A program made the position numbers and the translations under genes. From Coriobacteriaceae bacterium (GTDB taxonomy: Bacteria; Bacillota_I; Bacilli_A; RFN20; CAG-826), in NCBI GenBank assembly GCA_963612925.1, contig CAVDXG010000002.1, positions 5,543 through 69,542 on the forward strand: a stretch of 64,000 bases of DNA, written 5' to 3'. Positions 37,433-48,628 of this stretch are shown here, piece after piece (the stretch's first letter is position 1; each line of letters opens with the position of its first letter). The notes under the pieces are model-generated. The model searched no databases, was not told where the DNA came from, and saw only the letters and a list, made by a program, of their open reading frames with translations.

Positions 37433-38927
37433 TTCTTCAGAAATAAGCGCATTGATTAAAAAACAAATTGAAGATTTTTCTCACAAAGCCGAGGCGCTTG
37501 ACGCCGGGACAGTTATCACTATCGGTGATGGCGTTGCTTTAGTATATGGTCTTGATAAAGCAATGCTTGGTGAACTAGTCGAATTCCCACATGGAATATA
37601 TGGCATGGTGATGAATCTTGAAGAAGAACATGTCGGTTGCGTACTTTTAGGCGATGACACCGAAATTAAAGAAGGTGATTTAGTCAAACGAACAAATCGC
37701 GTCGTGGAAGTTCCGACTGGCGATGCGCTTTTAGGAAGAGTCGTCAACGCCCTTGGTCAACCTTTAGATGGGCTTGGCGAAATTAAAACTAAGACAACTC
37801 GACCTGTTGAAGTTATTGCTCCTGGCGTTATGTATCGTGAATCGGTTAACACTCCGCTTCAAACTGGCATCAAAGCCATCGATGCGATGATTCCAATTGG
37901 ACGAGGTCAACGCGAACTCATCATCGGCGATCGTCAAACAGGAAAAACCGCGATTGCAATCGACACAATCATCAATCAAAAGGGCCAAAATGTGAATTGC
38001 ATTTATGTCGCGATTGGTCAAAAAAATTCAACTGTGGCTAACATCATCGATAAATTGAATAAATGCGGTGCGATGGAATATACGACCGTTGTCTCTAGCT
38101 CGGCTAGCGAACTTGCTCCTCTACTTTATTTAGCACCTTATTCAGGCATGGCGATAGCGGAAGAGTGGCTTCATCAAGGCAAAGATGTTTTGATTGTCTT
38201 TGATGATTTAAGTAAGCACGCTGTTTCGTATCGAACTTTATCTTTATTATTGAAGCGCCCAAGTGGAAGAGAAGCCTATCCAGGTGATGTATTCTATCTT
38301 CATTCTCGTCTTCTTGAACGAGCTTGCAAACTCAACAAAGAAAATGGTGGCGGTTCGATTACGGCCTTGCCAATTATTGAAACGCAAGCTGGCGATATTT
38401 CAGCCTACATTCCAACAAATGTCATCTCCATCACAGATGGACAAATCTTTTTGCTCAGCGACTTATTTAATGCTGGACAGCGACCAGCTGTCGATTCTGG
38501 TCTATCAGTGTCCCGTGTTGGAAGTGCTGCTCAATTAAAGGCGATGAAACAAGTCGCCGGTTCACTTAAGATTGAGTTAGCCTCATACAACGAACTTCAA
38601 TCCTTCTCACAATTTGGAAGCGATTTAGATGAAGAAACTAAAAAGACACTTCATCATGGAGAAGTTTTACTCGAAGTCTTAAAGCAAGACCAATATGACA
38701 CTTATGAAGTAAATCGACAAATTATCGAACTTTTCGCGGCGAAATACCGTTACTTAGAAGATATTGAAAAGTCAAAAATTAAAGCAACTCTTTCTGGTTT
38801 GTATTCATATATCAAATCCGCTCATAAAGAAATCTTAGACGAACTCAGTTTGAAAAAAGAATTCTCTAATGAACTGATCGAAAAAACTAAGAAAGTTATT
38901 GAAGATTATTTAAAAGCAAATAAATAA
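37422..38927 (+). CDS. atpA: F0F1 ATP synthase subunit alpha
   Basis: [19 protein letters not shown]-loop and highly conserved sequence throughout. Confidence 0.97.
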   Translation: MNINSSEISALIKKQIEDFSHKAEALDAGTVITIGDGVALVYGLDKAMLGELVEFPHGIYGMVMNLEEEHVGCVLLGDDTEIKEGDLVKRTNRVVEVPTGDALLGRVVNALGQPLDGLGEIKTKTTRPVEVIAPGVMYRESVNTPLQTGIKAIDAMIPIGRGQRELIIGDRQTGKTAIAIDTIINQKGQNVNCIYVAIGQKNSTVANIIDKLNKCGAMEYTTVVSSSASELAPLLYLAPYSGMAIAEEWLHQGKDVLIVFDDLSKHAVSYRTLSLLLKRPSGREAYPGDVFYLHSRLLERACKLNKENGGGSITALPIIETQAGDISAYIPTNVISITDGQIFLLSDLFNAGQRPAVDSGLSVSRVGSAAQLKAMKQVAGSLKIELASYNELQSFSQFGSDLDEETKKTLHHGEVLLEVLKQDQYDTYEVNRQIIELFAAKYRYLEDIEKSKIKATLSGLYSYIKSAHKEILDELSLKKEFSNELIEKTKKVIEDYLKANK

Positions 38928-38930
38928 AAT

Positions 38931-41199
<2,269 letters not shown>

Positions 41200-41200
<1 letters not shown>

Positions 41201-41595
41201 TGTCTTTTAAAGTTGATATCATCACTCCCAAAGGATTGTATGCATCATTAGATGCGGATGCTTTAACCTTAAAACTTATTACAGGTTATCGAACAATTCT
41301 AGAAAATCACGCGCCATTAATTGGTTCGCTTGATTATGCTAGCATGCATGTTTTACTTGATGGAAAAGAGCATTATTACACTCTTTTAGGTGGGGCAATC
41401 AACATCAAAAATGGCAAAGTAATTTTGCTCACTAACGCGATTGAAGAAAAAGATGAAATCGATGTTGCTAGAGCTTTAGCTGCTAAAGAAAGAGCAGAGA
41501 AGCGATTAGCCTCATCTGATCCTAATTTAGATGTTAAGCGAGCCGAAATCGCACTTAAAAAAGCGTTAGTTAGAATTGAGACATCTAAAAAATAG
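41200..41595 (+). CDS. atpC: F0F1 ATP synthase subunit epsilon
   Basis: 131 aa, last gene of the operon. TAATG overlap with atpD. Confidence 0.9.
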
Positions 41596-41602
41596 CCATA
41601 AA

Positions 41603-42403
41603 TTAATTTAAGTAAGTAGCGAGAAAATCGCTACTTTCTTTATTATTTAAAGAAAATGTATGCCATTTATTATCTTTTTTTCTATAGCCGATGGGCGAGG
41701 ATAAATCTGTAAGAGAATATTCTTTTTTAAATTGTTCTAAATTATTTGAATCAAGTTCAACAAGGGCAGTTTTTTTATCACTATTTTGGATTTCATCTTT
41801 AATTATTTCTTTATATCTTTTATTTGCTAAAGAGTCATAAGAATCTAAAAAGATAGTGAGTAAATCATCTTCTTTTTCTAAAAATGATTTATAACTTTCT
41901 AGCGAAGAAAAAGTATAGACATTGCTAGTGGTGAGGCGATCATTCATCGCTTTATTAAATAACAAGGATGAAGAATACATCGACTGAGGGATTAAAGTCA
42001 TTTTTTCTTTGCTTTCAATTAAATAGACTCTAGGAGTGTCCTCTAATAAGAGAGTTGAGCTATATTTTTCATGTAATTTATAAGCGAGATCATTTTGTTC
42101 GCTGAGATTTAATTTTATTACAAATGATAAGGTTTCTTTCACATAAGAGAGCATTACATCTTTAAATTCTTCGCATGATTGGCAATTGTTTTGCATAAAG
42201 TAGAAGATAAAGCTTTCTTCCTTTTCTATTAAATTATCGATATATTCAAAGCTTCCAATCTTATAAGCATTGCTATCATTGATTTCGCTTAACGAATATA
42301 GTTCACCATTTTTATTGATATGAACTTTTTCTATATTTTCTCCGCAGCTTGATAAAGATAGGGTTATTAATAACGCTATTGAAAATAGTTGTTTTTTTAC
42401 CAT
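41603..42403 (-). CDS. Lipoprotein with a thioredoxin-like CxxC motif
   Basis: Lipobox LSLSSCGEN. FYFMQNNCQSCEEFK resembles a thioredoxin-fold active-site context. Confidence 0.65.
   Translation of the reverse strand: MVKKQLFSIALLITLSLSSCGENIEKVHINKNGELYSLSEINDSNAYKIGSFEYIDNLIEKEESFIFYFMQNNCQSCEEFKDVMLSYVKETLSFVIKLNLSEQNDLAYKLHEKYSSTLLLEDTPRVYLIESKEKMTLIPQSMYSSSLLFNKAMNDRLTTSNVYTFSSLESYKSFLEKEDDLLTIFLDSYDSLANKRYKEIIKDEIQNSDKKTALVELDSNNLEQFKKEYSLTDLSSPIGYRKKDNKWHTFSLNNKESSDFLATYLN
41616..41644 (+). terminator. Intrinsic terminator of the atp operon, lying inside the 3' end of the convergent lipoprotein gene
   Basis: GTAGCGA-gaaaa-TCGCTAC (7-bp stem) followed by TTTCTTTATT. Confidence 0.5.
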
Positions 42404-42494
42404 GCGTTTATTATAAAGACTTTTTTATTTAACAAAAGGTTGTTTTTCTTTGATTCATCTTTAATTTTCAACGCAATTTCATTATTCTATTGAT

Positions 42495-43502
42495 ATGAAA
42501 ACACTTATTTATTTCCAAGATGCCGATACGATTAAAACTAGCGGAATCGGTCGAGCGATGAGCCATCAACTTGAGGCTTTAAAAGATGTGGGCGTAGAAA
42601 CTACCACCAATAAAAAAGATAACTACGATATCGCTCATATAAACACATATTGGCTAAAATCTCATCGGGCGCTGAAATTAGCTAAAAAAAGAGGAATCCC
42701 AGTCATTGTTCATGGACATAGCACTTTTGAAGATTTTCGCAATTCCTTTAGATGCTGGAAACTTGTTGCTCCAATTTATAATCATCAACTCAGATATATG
42801 TATTCTCGGGCTGATTTAGTGATTGCTCCGACCCCATACGCTAGAGATTTAATTGCAAGCTATAAACTAGCGAATAAAGTCATCAATATTTCCAATGGAA
42901 TCGATATTAAAAGTTACGCTAGAAACGAAGATTGGATTAGAAAATTTCGAGAAAAATTTAATCTTAAAGATGATGAACCATTTGTCATGGGAGTGGGCTT
43001 TCCTTTTGAAAGAAAAGGAATTATCGACTTTTTTGAAGTAGCTAAAAGCTTTCCAAATGTTAAATTCTTTTGGTTCGGCCATTTAGCTAAGATTTTAACT
43101 AGTTCTAAGATTTTAAAAGCGATAAAACATCGACCTAACAATGTCATCATGCCTGGTTATTGCAAGGGCGAACTCATTAAAGGCGCTTATCAAAGTGCCA
43201 CTTGTCTATTTTTTCCTAGTTATGAAGAAACTGAAGGCATTGTTACTTTAGAAGCTTTAGCCTCACATTGCCCGCTTGTCGTGCGCGATATTGGGGTGTA
43301 TTCGCCTTGGCTAAAAGATGGCGAAAATGCTCATCTATGCAAAAACAATGATGAATTTATCAAAATAATTTCTTCTTTGCTTGAAAAAGGAGAAGATCAA
43401 AAAATCCTTGAAAAAGGTTTTGAAGTTTCCCTTGAACGCGATTTAGAAAAAATCGGAAAGCAGTTAAAAGAGGCGTACTTACCTTTACTAAAGAAAGATT
43501 AG
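42495..43502 (+). CDS. Glycosyltransferase family 4 (candidate glycolipid synthase)
   Basis: GT-B retaining-type C-terminal E-x7-E region (PSYEETEGIVTLEALA). Confidence 0.8.
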   Translation: MKTLIYFQDADTIKTSGIGRAMSHQLEALKDVGVETTTNKKDNYDIAHINTYWLKSHRALKLAKKRGIPVIVHGHSTFEDFRNSFRCWKLVAPIYNHQLRYMYSRADLVIAPTPYARDLIASYKLANKVINISNGIDIKSYARNEDWIRKFREKFNLKDDEPFVMGVGFPFERKGIIDFFEVAKSFPNVKFFWFGHLAKILTSSKILKAIKHRPNNVIMPGYCKGELIKGAYQSATCLFFPSYEETEGIVTLEALASHCPLVVRDIGVYSPWLKDGENAHLCKNNDEFIKIISSLLEKGEDQKILEKGFEVSLERDLEKIGKQLKEAYLPLLKKD

Positions 43503-44629
43503 CCTAAAATTTCTTTCCACTTATTCTTAATAGGCTCGTCAGAGAGCCTTTTTGAAGAATTATAAGCTTTTATTTTTAACTCTTTAAATTTAGTGATGTC
43601 ACTTAAAGTTTCGATGATTTTATCGCCGAAATCTTTACTATTATGACTATTTAGAATATAGCCGCCTTCATTATCGATAAGTGCTTCATCAATTGGTCCA
43701 GCCCATAAAGTGGTGATGACTGGTAGACTTGAAGCGTTGGCTTCACTTAAAACTAGTCCAAAGCCTTCATAGGCTGAAGTGCATAAAAGTAAGTCGTGCT
43801 TTAGATAATCTTCTTGACTCGTATTGTGATGTGAAATTAATTTAACTTCATCTAATTTATTATCTTTTATATATTCTTTCATTTTAGCTTCTAGATGACC
43901 TTCGCCATACATCGTAAGAGTATATTTAAAGGCTACATCATGCAGATATTTGGCGATTTTTAAAGCGAACATCGGATCTTTTTGTTCAGTGAATCTTCCG
44001 ACAAAAAGCAAAGAATTATTGTGAAATTGTTGATCTTTAACTGGCTTAAATTTGATGGGGTTATAGACATAACAGGTTTTACCTATTAAGTTTTTCTTTC
44101 TTTTTAATATTTCTTCTTCACTCTGTTTAGCTAAAAAGATAAATTTTTCTGGCTTGACGGAATGACGGAAGCCAAAGCGATTAGCGAAAGAGAAAAAGTA
44201 TTCATAATTGAAGTGGAAGTGAAAATAGACATGGCGATTTTTAGGTGCGAATAGATAACTATCAAGAGCGCTTCCGATGTAGATATCATCTTTCATCATC
44301 ATTGATGCAATTTGCTTACGATATTTATTTTTCTTATAAACATATGTGGATAATGTCTTATGAAGAAGCTTAAAAAACTTGAATAATTTAAACTTCTTTA
44401 AATAGATAAGCGAATATTGGTCAAACCGGGAAACTTCTGGATCGATATTTAATGAATGAAGATGAATTCTTTCATCAAGCGGGTAGCTAATTTCGTCTTT
44501 ATTAAATTTTGAAGAGCAAATTAGATGAATTTCGTAATCATCAGCAAGTAAATTCATTATCTTGATGGAGATGGTTTCAGTTCCTCCAATGCCAACAAGA
44601 TTTTGAATGCCCCAGTAAATTTTTTTCAT
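43499..44629 (-). CDS. Glycosyltransferase family 4 (candidate glycolipid synthase)
   Basis: N-terminal GGTETISIKI motif and C-terminal SAYEGFGLVLSEANA (E-x7-E). Confidence 0.8.
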   Translation of the reverse strand: MKKIYWGIQNLVGIGGTETISIKIMNLLADDYEIHLICSSKFNKDEISYPLDERIHLHSLNIDPEVSRFDQYSLIYLKKFKLFKFFKLLHKTLSTYVYKKNKYRKQIASMMMKDDIYIGSALDSYLFAPKNRHVYFHFHFNYEYFFSFANRFGFRHSVKPEKFIFLAKQSEEEILKRKKNLIGKTCYVYNPIKFKPVKDQQFHNNSLLFVGRFTEQKDPMFALKIAKYLHDVAFKYTLTMYGEGHLEAKMKEYIKDNKLDEVKLISHHNTSQEDYLKHDLLLCTSAYEGFGLVLSEANASSLPVITTLWAGPIDEALIDNEGGYILNSHNSKDFGDKIIETLSDITKFKELKIKAYNSSKRLSDEPIKNKWKEILG

Positions 44630-44747
44630 AATAGAATTATCGCATGAAAGTTCGATGATATCTAAATAGTAAGGAAAAGTGAGGATGAGCGCTCTATAAA
44701 AGCGCTTTCTTTTATGCTATATTATAGAGGTTATTTGGAGGTTAATT

Positions 44748-45293
44748 ATGAACATATGGCACCGCGTAGATCCTAAAAGGATTTCTCCTGAATCTTTTCT
44801 TGCTTGCATTGAAATTTCAAAAGGCAGCAAAAACAAATATGAATTAGATAAATATTCTGGTGCGCTTTATCTTGACCGCATTTTATATACTTCAACTCAT
44901 TATCCTCAAAATTATGGTTTTATTCCACGTACTCTGGCTGATGATGGTGACGCCTTAGATGTGCTTGTCATCGCTAGCGAAGAAATCGTCCCTCTTGCGA
45001 TTGTTGATTGCTACCCAATTGGCATCTTAGAGATGATTGATGGAGGCGATAAAGATGCGAAGATATTAGCGATATGTAAAAATGATCCAGTCTTTAATTG
45101 TTTCGATGATATCAAAAATATTCCTGATCATATATTGCAAGAAATTAAGCATTTCTTCTCAGTTTATAAAGAACTTGAAGGAAAAAAGACTTTTGTAAAT
45201 AAAATCCATGGCAAAGCTAAAGCTATGGAAATCATTCAAAAATGCATTGACGCCTACACTGAAAGATATGGTGATGGCTCTAAATATTATTAA
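44748..45293 (+). CDS. ppa: Inorganic pyrophosphatase, family I
   Basis: EISKGSKNKYELD, YPQNYGFIP and DGDALDVLV are family I PPase motifs. Confidence 0.93.
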   Translation: MNIWHRVDPKRISPESFLACIEISKGSKNKYELDKYSGALYLDRILYTSTHYPQNYGFIPRTLADDGDALDVLVIASEEIVPLAIVDCYPIGILEMIDGGDKDAKILAICKNDPVFNCFDDIKNIPDHILQEIKHFFSVYKELEGKKTFVNKIHGKAKAMEIIQKCIDAYTERYGDGSKYY

Positions 45294-46044
45294 GTTTTTC
45301 TTTGGCGATTTCTAAAAAGATTTCTTTATTTTCTTTTTGGTATGAATATAGCGCCCAATAATACCACAAAATATTTTCAAAATTGATCATTGTGTATATT
45401 TCTATAAGCGGATAGCTAAATTTAGAAGCGAAATATTCAACTTCTTCCTTTTGAAGGCAGTTGTTTTCGCTTAAAAAACTGGCGATATCGAATAATTCGA
45501 TATTATTGCCAGAATATTCATAGTCTAGTAAGTAGGCTTTATCATGTTTAAAAAGGATATTGCCTTTTACTAAATCGTTATGGCAAAAGCACTGCGGATA
45601 TTTTTTGTAGAGTTCTTTAGCTTTTTCAACGATTTCTTTTTCCTTTTCAAAATCGATTTTTACATCTGCTTTTTCTTTATAAACTTCTAGTCTTTTAAAT
45701 GGCTCAAAGGAAAAATCTACCGTTACATTTTGATGAATTGTTTTGATGATTTGAGCAACTATATCGAATTCACTTTTTTTCCAAGGTGAAGATAAGCGGG
45801 TTGTTTTTTCAATATATAAAGATAGCTTTTTTCCAGTTAATTTATCATAGTCAATGACCTTTTCACTAAAAGGGAATTTAGCTACTTTTTTAATGGCGAT
45901 ATCTTCATTTTTTATTTTATTAAAGATGTCTTCATCTCCCTTTTTATCGCGATAGACATATTTATTATCAATTAAATAAGAAGTATTGGTGATGCCTTCG
46001 TTTAATTTGATTGCATTTTTTAAGGAAATATCTTTGATTTTCAT
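45280..46044 (-). CDS. Choline/ethanolamine kinase-family phosphotransferase (APH fold)
   Basis: Brenner-type CHNDLVKGNILF and LLDYEYSGNN motifs. Confidence 0.65.
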   Translation of the reverse strand: MKIKDISLKNAIKLNEGITNTSYLIDNKYVYRDKKGDEDIFNKIKNEDIAIKKVAKFPFSEKVIDYDKLTGKKLSLYIEKTTRLSSPWKKSEFDIVAQIIKTIHQNVTVDFSFEPFKRLEVYKEKADVKIDFEKEKEIVEKAKELYKKYPQCFCHNDLVKGNILFKHDKAYLLDYEYSGNNIELFDIASFLSENNCLQKEEVEYFASKFSYPLIEIYTMINFENILWYYWALYSYQKENKEIFLEIAKEKLNNI

Positions 46045-46070
46045 CGCTCTAATTATATTATGAGTAAGTT

Positions 46071-46571
46071 ATGATTCATATTATTTTATATCATCCTGAA
46101 ATGCCGATGAACACCGGCAATATCCTTCGCACGGCGATGGCAACAAATTCTATTGTTCACATCATTGGACCATTGCCATTTAGCTTAGATGATAAGTCGC
46201 TTAAAAGAGCGGGGATGGATTATTTAAAGTCCGCAAAATATGATTATTATTCCTCTTATGAGGAATTCTTCGAGAAATTCAAAGATAAAACTATTTATTA
46301 TGTGACTAAATATGGCACGCATGTCTATTCCAATGTTGATTTTTCAGATGTGAGCGAAGATGTTTATGTGATGTTTGGCAATGAATCAACTGGCATCGAC
46401 AAAGAACTCTTGCATGAAAAACGCGATTTTACATTAAGAATTCCCATGCTTTCGACGGCAAGAAGTTTAAATTTATCCAACAGCGTAGCTATCGTGGTCT
46501 ATGAAATATTGCGACAGAAAAAATATCCATCATTAGCCACATTTGATATGATTCACAAATATAAAATCTAA
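46071..46571 (+). CDS. trmL: SpoU/TrmL-type tRNA 2'-O-methyltransferase
   Basis: LYHPEMPMNTGNILRTAMA and the C-terminal SLNLSNSVAIVVYE knot motifs. Confidence 0.85.
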   Translation: MIHIILYHPEMPMNTGNILRTAMATNSIVHIIGPLPFSLDDKSLKRAGMDYLKSAKYDYYSSYEEFFEKFKDKTIYYVTKYGTHVYSNVDFSDVSEDVYVMFGNESTGIDKELLHEKRDFTLRIPMLSTARSLNLSNSVAIVVYEILRQKKYPSLATFDMIHKYKI

Positions 46572-47860
46572 TTGTCTCTAACGGCAGTTTGATATATTTC
46601 TTTAACTTCTTCGCTGATGCGGTTGATTTTTAATGAAGAATAATTTTTTAAGATTGCTTCGCCGAGAACTTTTCCTCTTCGAACATTTTTCTTTTTTGTG
46701 TAAGAGACTATGCCATCGCCTACTTTTGATAGAAGGCAGGCTAATTGACTAGCTAATAAGAGCTCTTTTTCAGTTGGTTTTTTAGAGGCGATTATGATGT
46801 GCGAGCCGCTTAGATTTTTAATGTGGAGCCAAGTGAATTCGCGGTCTAACTTTTTAACAAATGATAGATAGTCATTTTGACTGGCGTTTTTGCCAAAATA
46901 GATGATCGTGCCGTTATAATTTATTTTGTAAGGTTTATTAAAAGAAGTCTCTTTGATTTCGCATTTTTTCTTGAAAAAATTGCTCTCTAAAATGATGTTT
47001 TCCTTCTCTTTTTCACTTGCGGAGGAATTAAATCTCTCTAAAAGCGTTTGATATATTTTTAATTCTTCTTCCCCTCTTAGGATATTAGTTTCACTTAGGC
47101 GGATTGTTTCCTTAGCTTTTTTAGCTATTTTATAGAAGTCATTAAGGTTATCGATGAGTTTTTTAGATTCATCGAGTTTTACGATTTCATCGTTTATTTT
47201 TATTTCTTTTAGATGAGCTTTTAAATTAGGATTGAGGCAATATATCTCATCAGCATAGCTTGCGTATTTTAAATTATCTAATGCTTTTGCTTTATCGCGA
47301 TTGATGTTTTCGATTTTATTCTTCGCTCTTTTGACTTTTCCTTTTAAAAAAGTGGTGAAATATTCATATTTTTCTTTCTCACGAATCTTGATTTCATTTT
47401 CGAAGTGCTTTTTTATTTCTTCTTCGTTTAGCTCTTTTATAGGCTTTTCATTTTCAACTAGTGAAACGACATTATTTTCTTTATAAAAACTGTCAATAAT
47501 TTTTTCTTTATTTCTTAGATAAAGGTTTGGCTTAAAACTAATGAGTTTAGCTAAAAGATTTAATGGACTTTCTTTAAAATCGATTTGGATGAATGAACTA
47601 TTTTCTTTATTAGTTATCTTTTCGATGCTTAATCCTTTGATGTCTCTTTTTAAACTATCAAGAAAAGGTGACTCAAAAGAGGTGTAGAAGTCATCTTTAT
47701 TTATTAGATAAATATTAGGCTCGTGATGGTTTAGCGAGATGATAAGCCTTGTTTTTACTTCATTAAAAAGAAACATAAATGTTCTTTTATTGATTAAAAC
47801 GATGTTTTCGATTTTCTTATCAAGCAGTGATTCTAATGCATCTAATAGATTTTTTTTCAT
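46568..47860 (-). CDS. NFACT-family protein (short RqcH/FbpA-like)
   Basis: The N-terminal NFACT-N-like region, a central coiled coil and the C-terminal NFACT-R/DUF814 segment (FTWLHIKNLSGSHIIIA) are present. It is only 430 aa. Confidence 0.7.
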   Translation of the reverse strand: MKKNLLDALESLLDKKIENIVLINKRTFMFLFNEVKTRLIISLNHHEPNIYLINKDDFYTSFESPFLDSLKRDIKGLSIEKITNKENSSFIQIDFKESPLNLLAKLISFKPNLYLRNKEKIIDSFYKENNVVSLVENEKPIKELNEEEIKKHFENEIKIREKEKYEYFTTFLKGKVKRAKNKIENINRDKAKALDNLKYASYADEIYCLNPNLKAHLKEIKINDEIVKLDESKKLIDNLNDFYKIAKKAKETIRLSETNILRGEEELKIYQTLLERFNSSASEKEKENIILESNFFKKKCEIKETSFNKPYKINYNGTIIYFGKNASQNDYLSFVKKLDREFTWLHIKNLSGSHIIIASKKPTEKELLLASQLACLLSKVGDGIVSYTKKKNVRRGKVLGEAILKNYSSLKINRISEEVKEIYQTAVRDN

Positions 47861-48047
47861 AACCTCAGTTAATTATAAATAAGTAAATGTTAGGATTCTA
47901 GATTATAAAAGGCGATATCTAATTAGCTGATGAGAAAAGTGAATCCGTTATTAAGTGTATGTTCCCTTTTCTTTTTCATTTAACTAATCTTAAAGAAAGC
48001 ATTGTCTTATAGACAAGATTAAGCCGAGTCGGTAAGATTAATAATAT

Positions 48048-48620
48048 ATGAAACGTGGATTACTTATAATTATGTCCGGCCCGAGTGGCGTTGGTAAAGG
48101 CACGGTTCGCCTTGAACTTGTAAAAGACAAATCTTTGAACCTTTTTTATAGCGTATCGATGACGACAAGAAGCCCAAGAGTGGGAGAAGTTGATGGCTCT
48201 GATTACTATTTTGTTTCTCATGAAGAATTTGATCGTCAAATCAAGGACGGAAATTTACTTGAATGGGCTGAATTTGTTGGCAATAAATATGGCACGCCTA
48301 AAGACAAGGTAGAATCTAAACGCGACGAAGGAAAAAATGTCTTATTAGAAATCGAAGTTAACGGTACATCGCAGTTATTAGAAAAGTTAAAAGGCGATAA
48401 AGATGTCGTCTCGATTTATTTAATGCCACCTTCTTTAGAGGAACTCGAAAATCGCATTCGTGGGCGTTCTAGCGAATCTGATGAAGTCATTAAAAAGCGA
48501 TTAGCAAGAGCTAAAGAAGAATTAAAATTAAAAGAACAATACGAATATGTCGTAGTTAATGATGATTTAACTACTTGTGTAAATACCATTAAAGATATTA
48601 TCTTTAGTAGGATGAATTAA
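48048..48620 (+). CDS. gmk: Guanylate kinase
   Basis: GPSGVGKGT P-loop, SVSMTTRSPRVGEVDGSDYYF. Confidence 0.95.
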   Translation: MKRGLLIIMSGPSGVGKGTVRLELVKDKSLNLFYSVSMTTRSPRVGEVDGSDYYFVSHEEFDRQIKDGNLLEWAEFVGNKYGTPKDKVESKRDEGKNVLLEIEVNGTSQLLEKLKGDKDVVSIYLMPPSLEELENRIRGRSSESDEVIKKRLARAKEELKLKEQYEYVVVNDDLTTCVNTIKDIIFSRMN

Positions 48621-48628
48621 ATTAGAAA

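Noticed and set aside
35133-38538. Short ORFs inside the atp operon (35133-35369, 35321-35503, 35989-36171, 36224-36445, 36447-36638, 37481-37747, 37764-38021, 38263-38538)
   Set aside because: They overlap highly conserved atp subunit genes in other frames or on the other strand.
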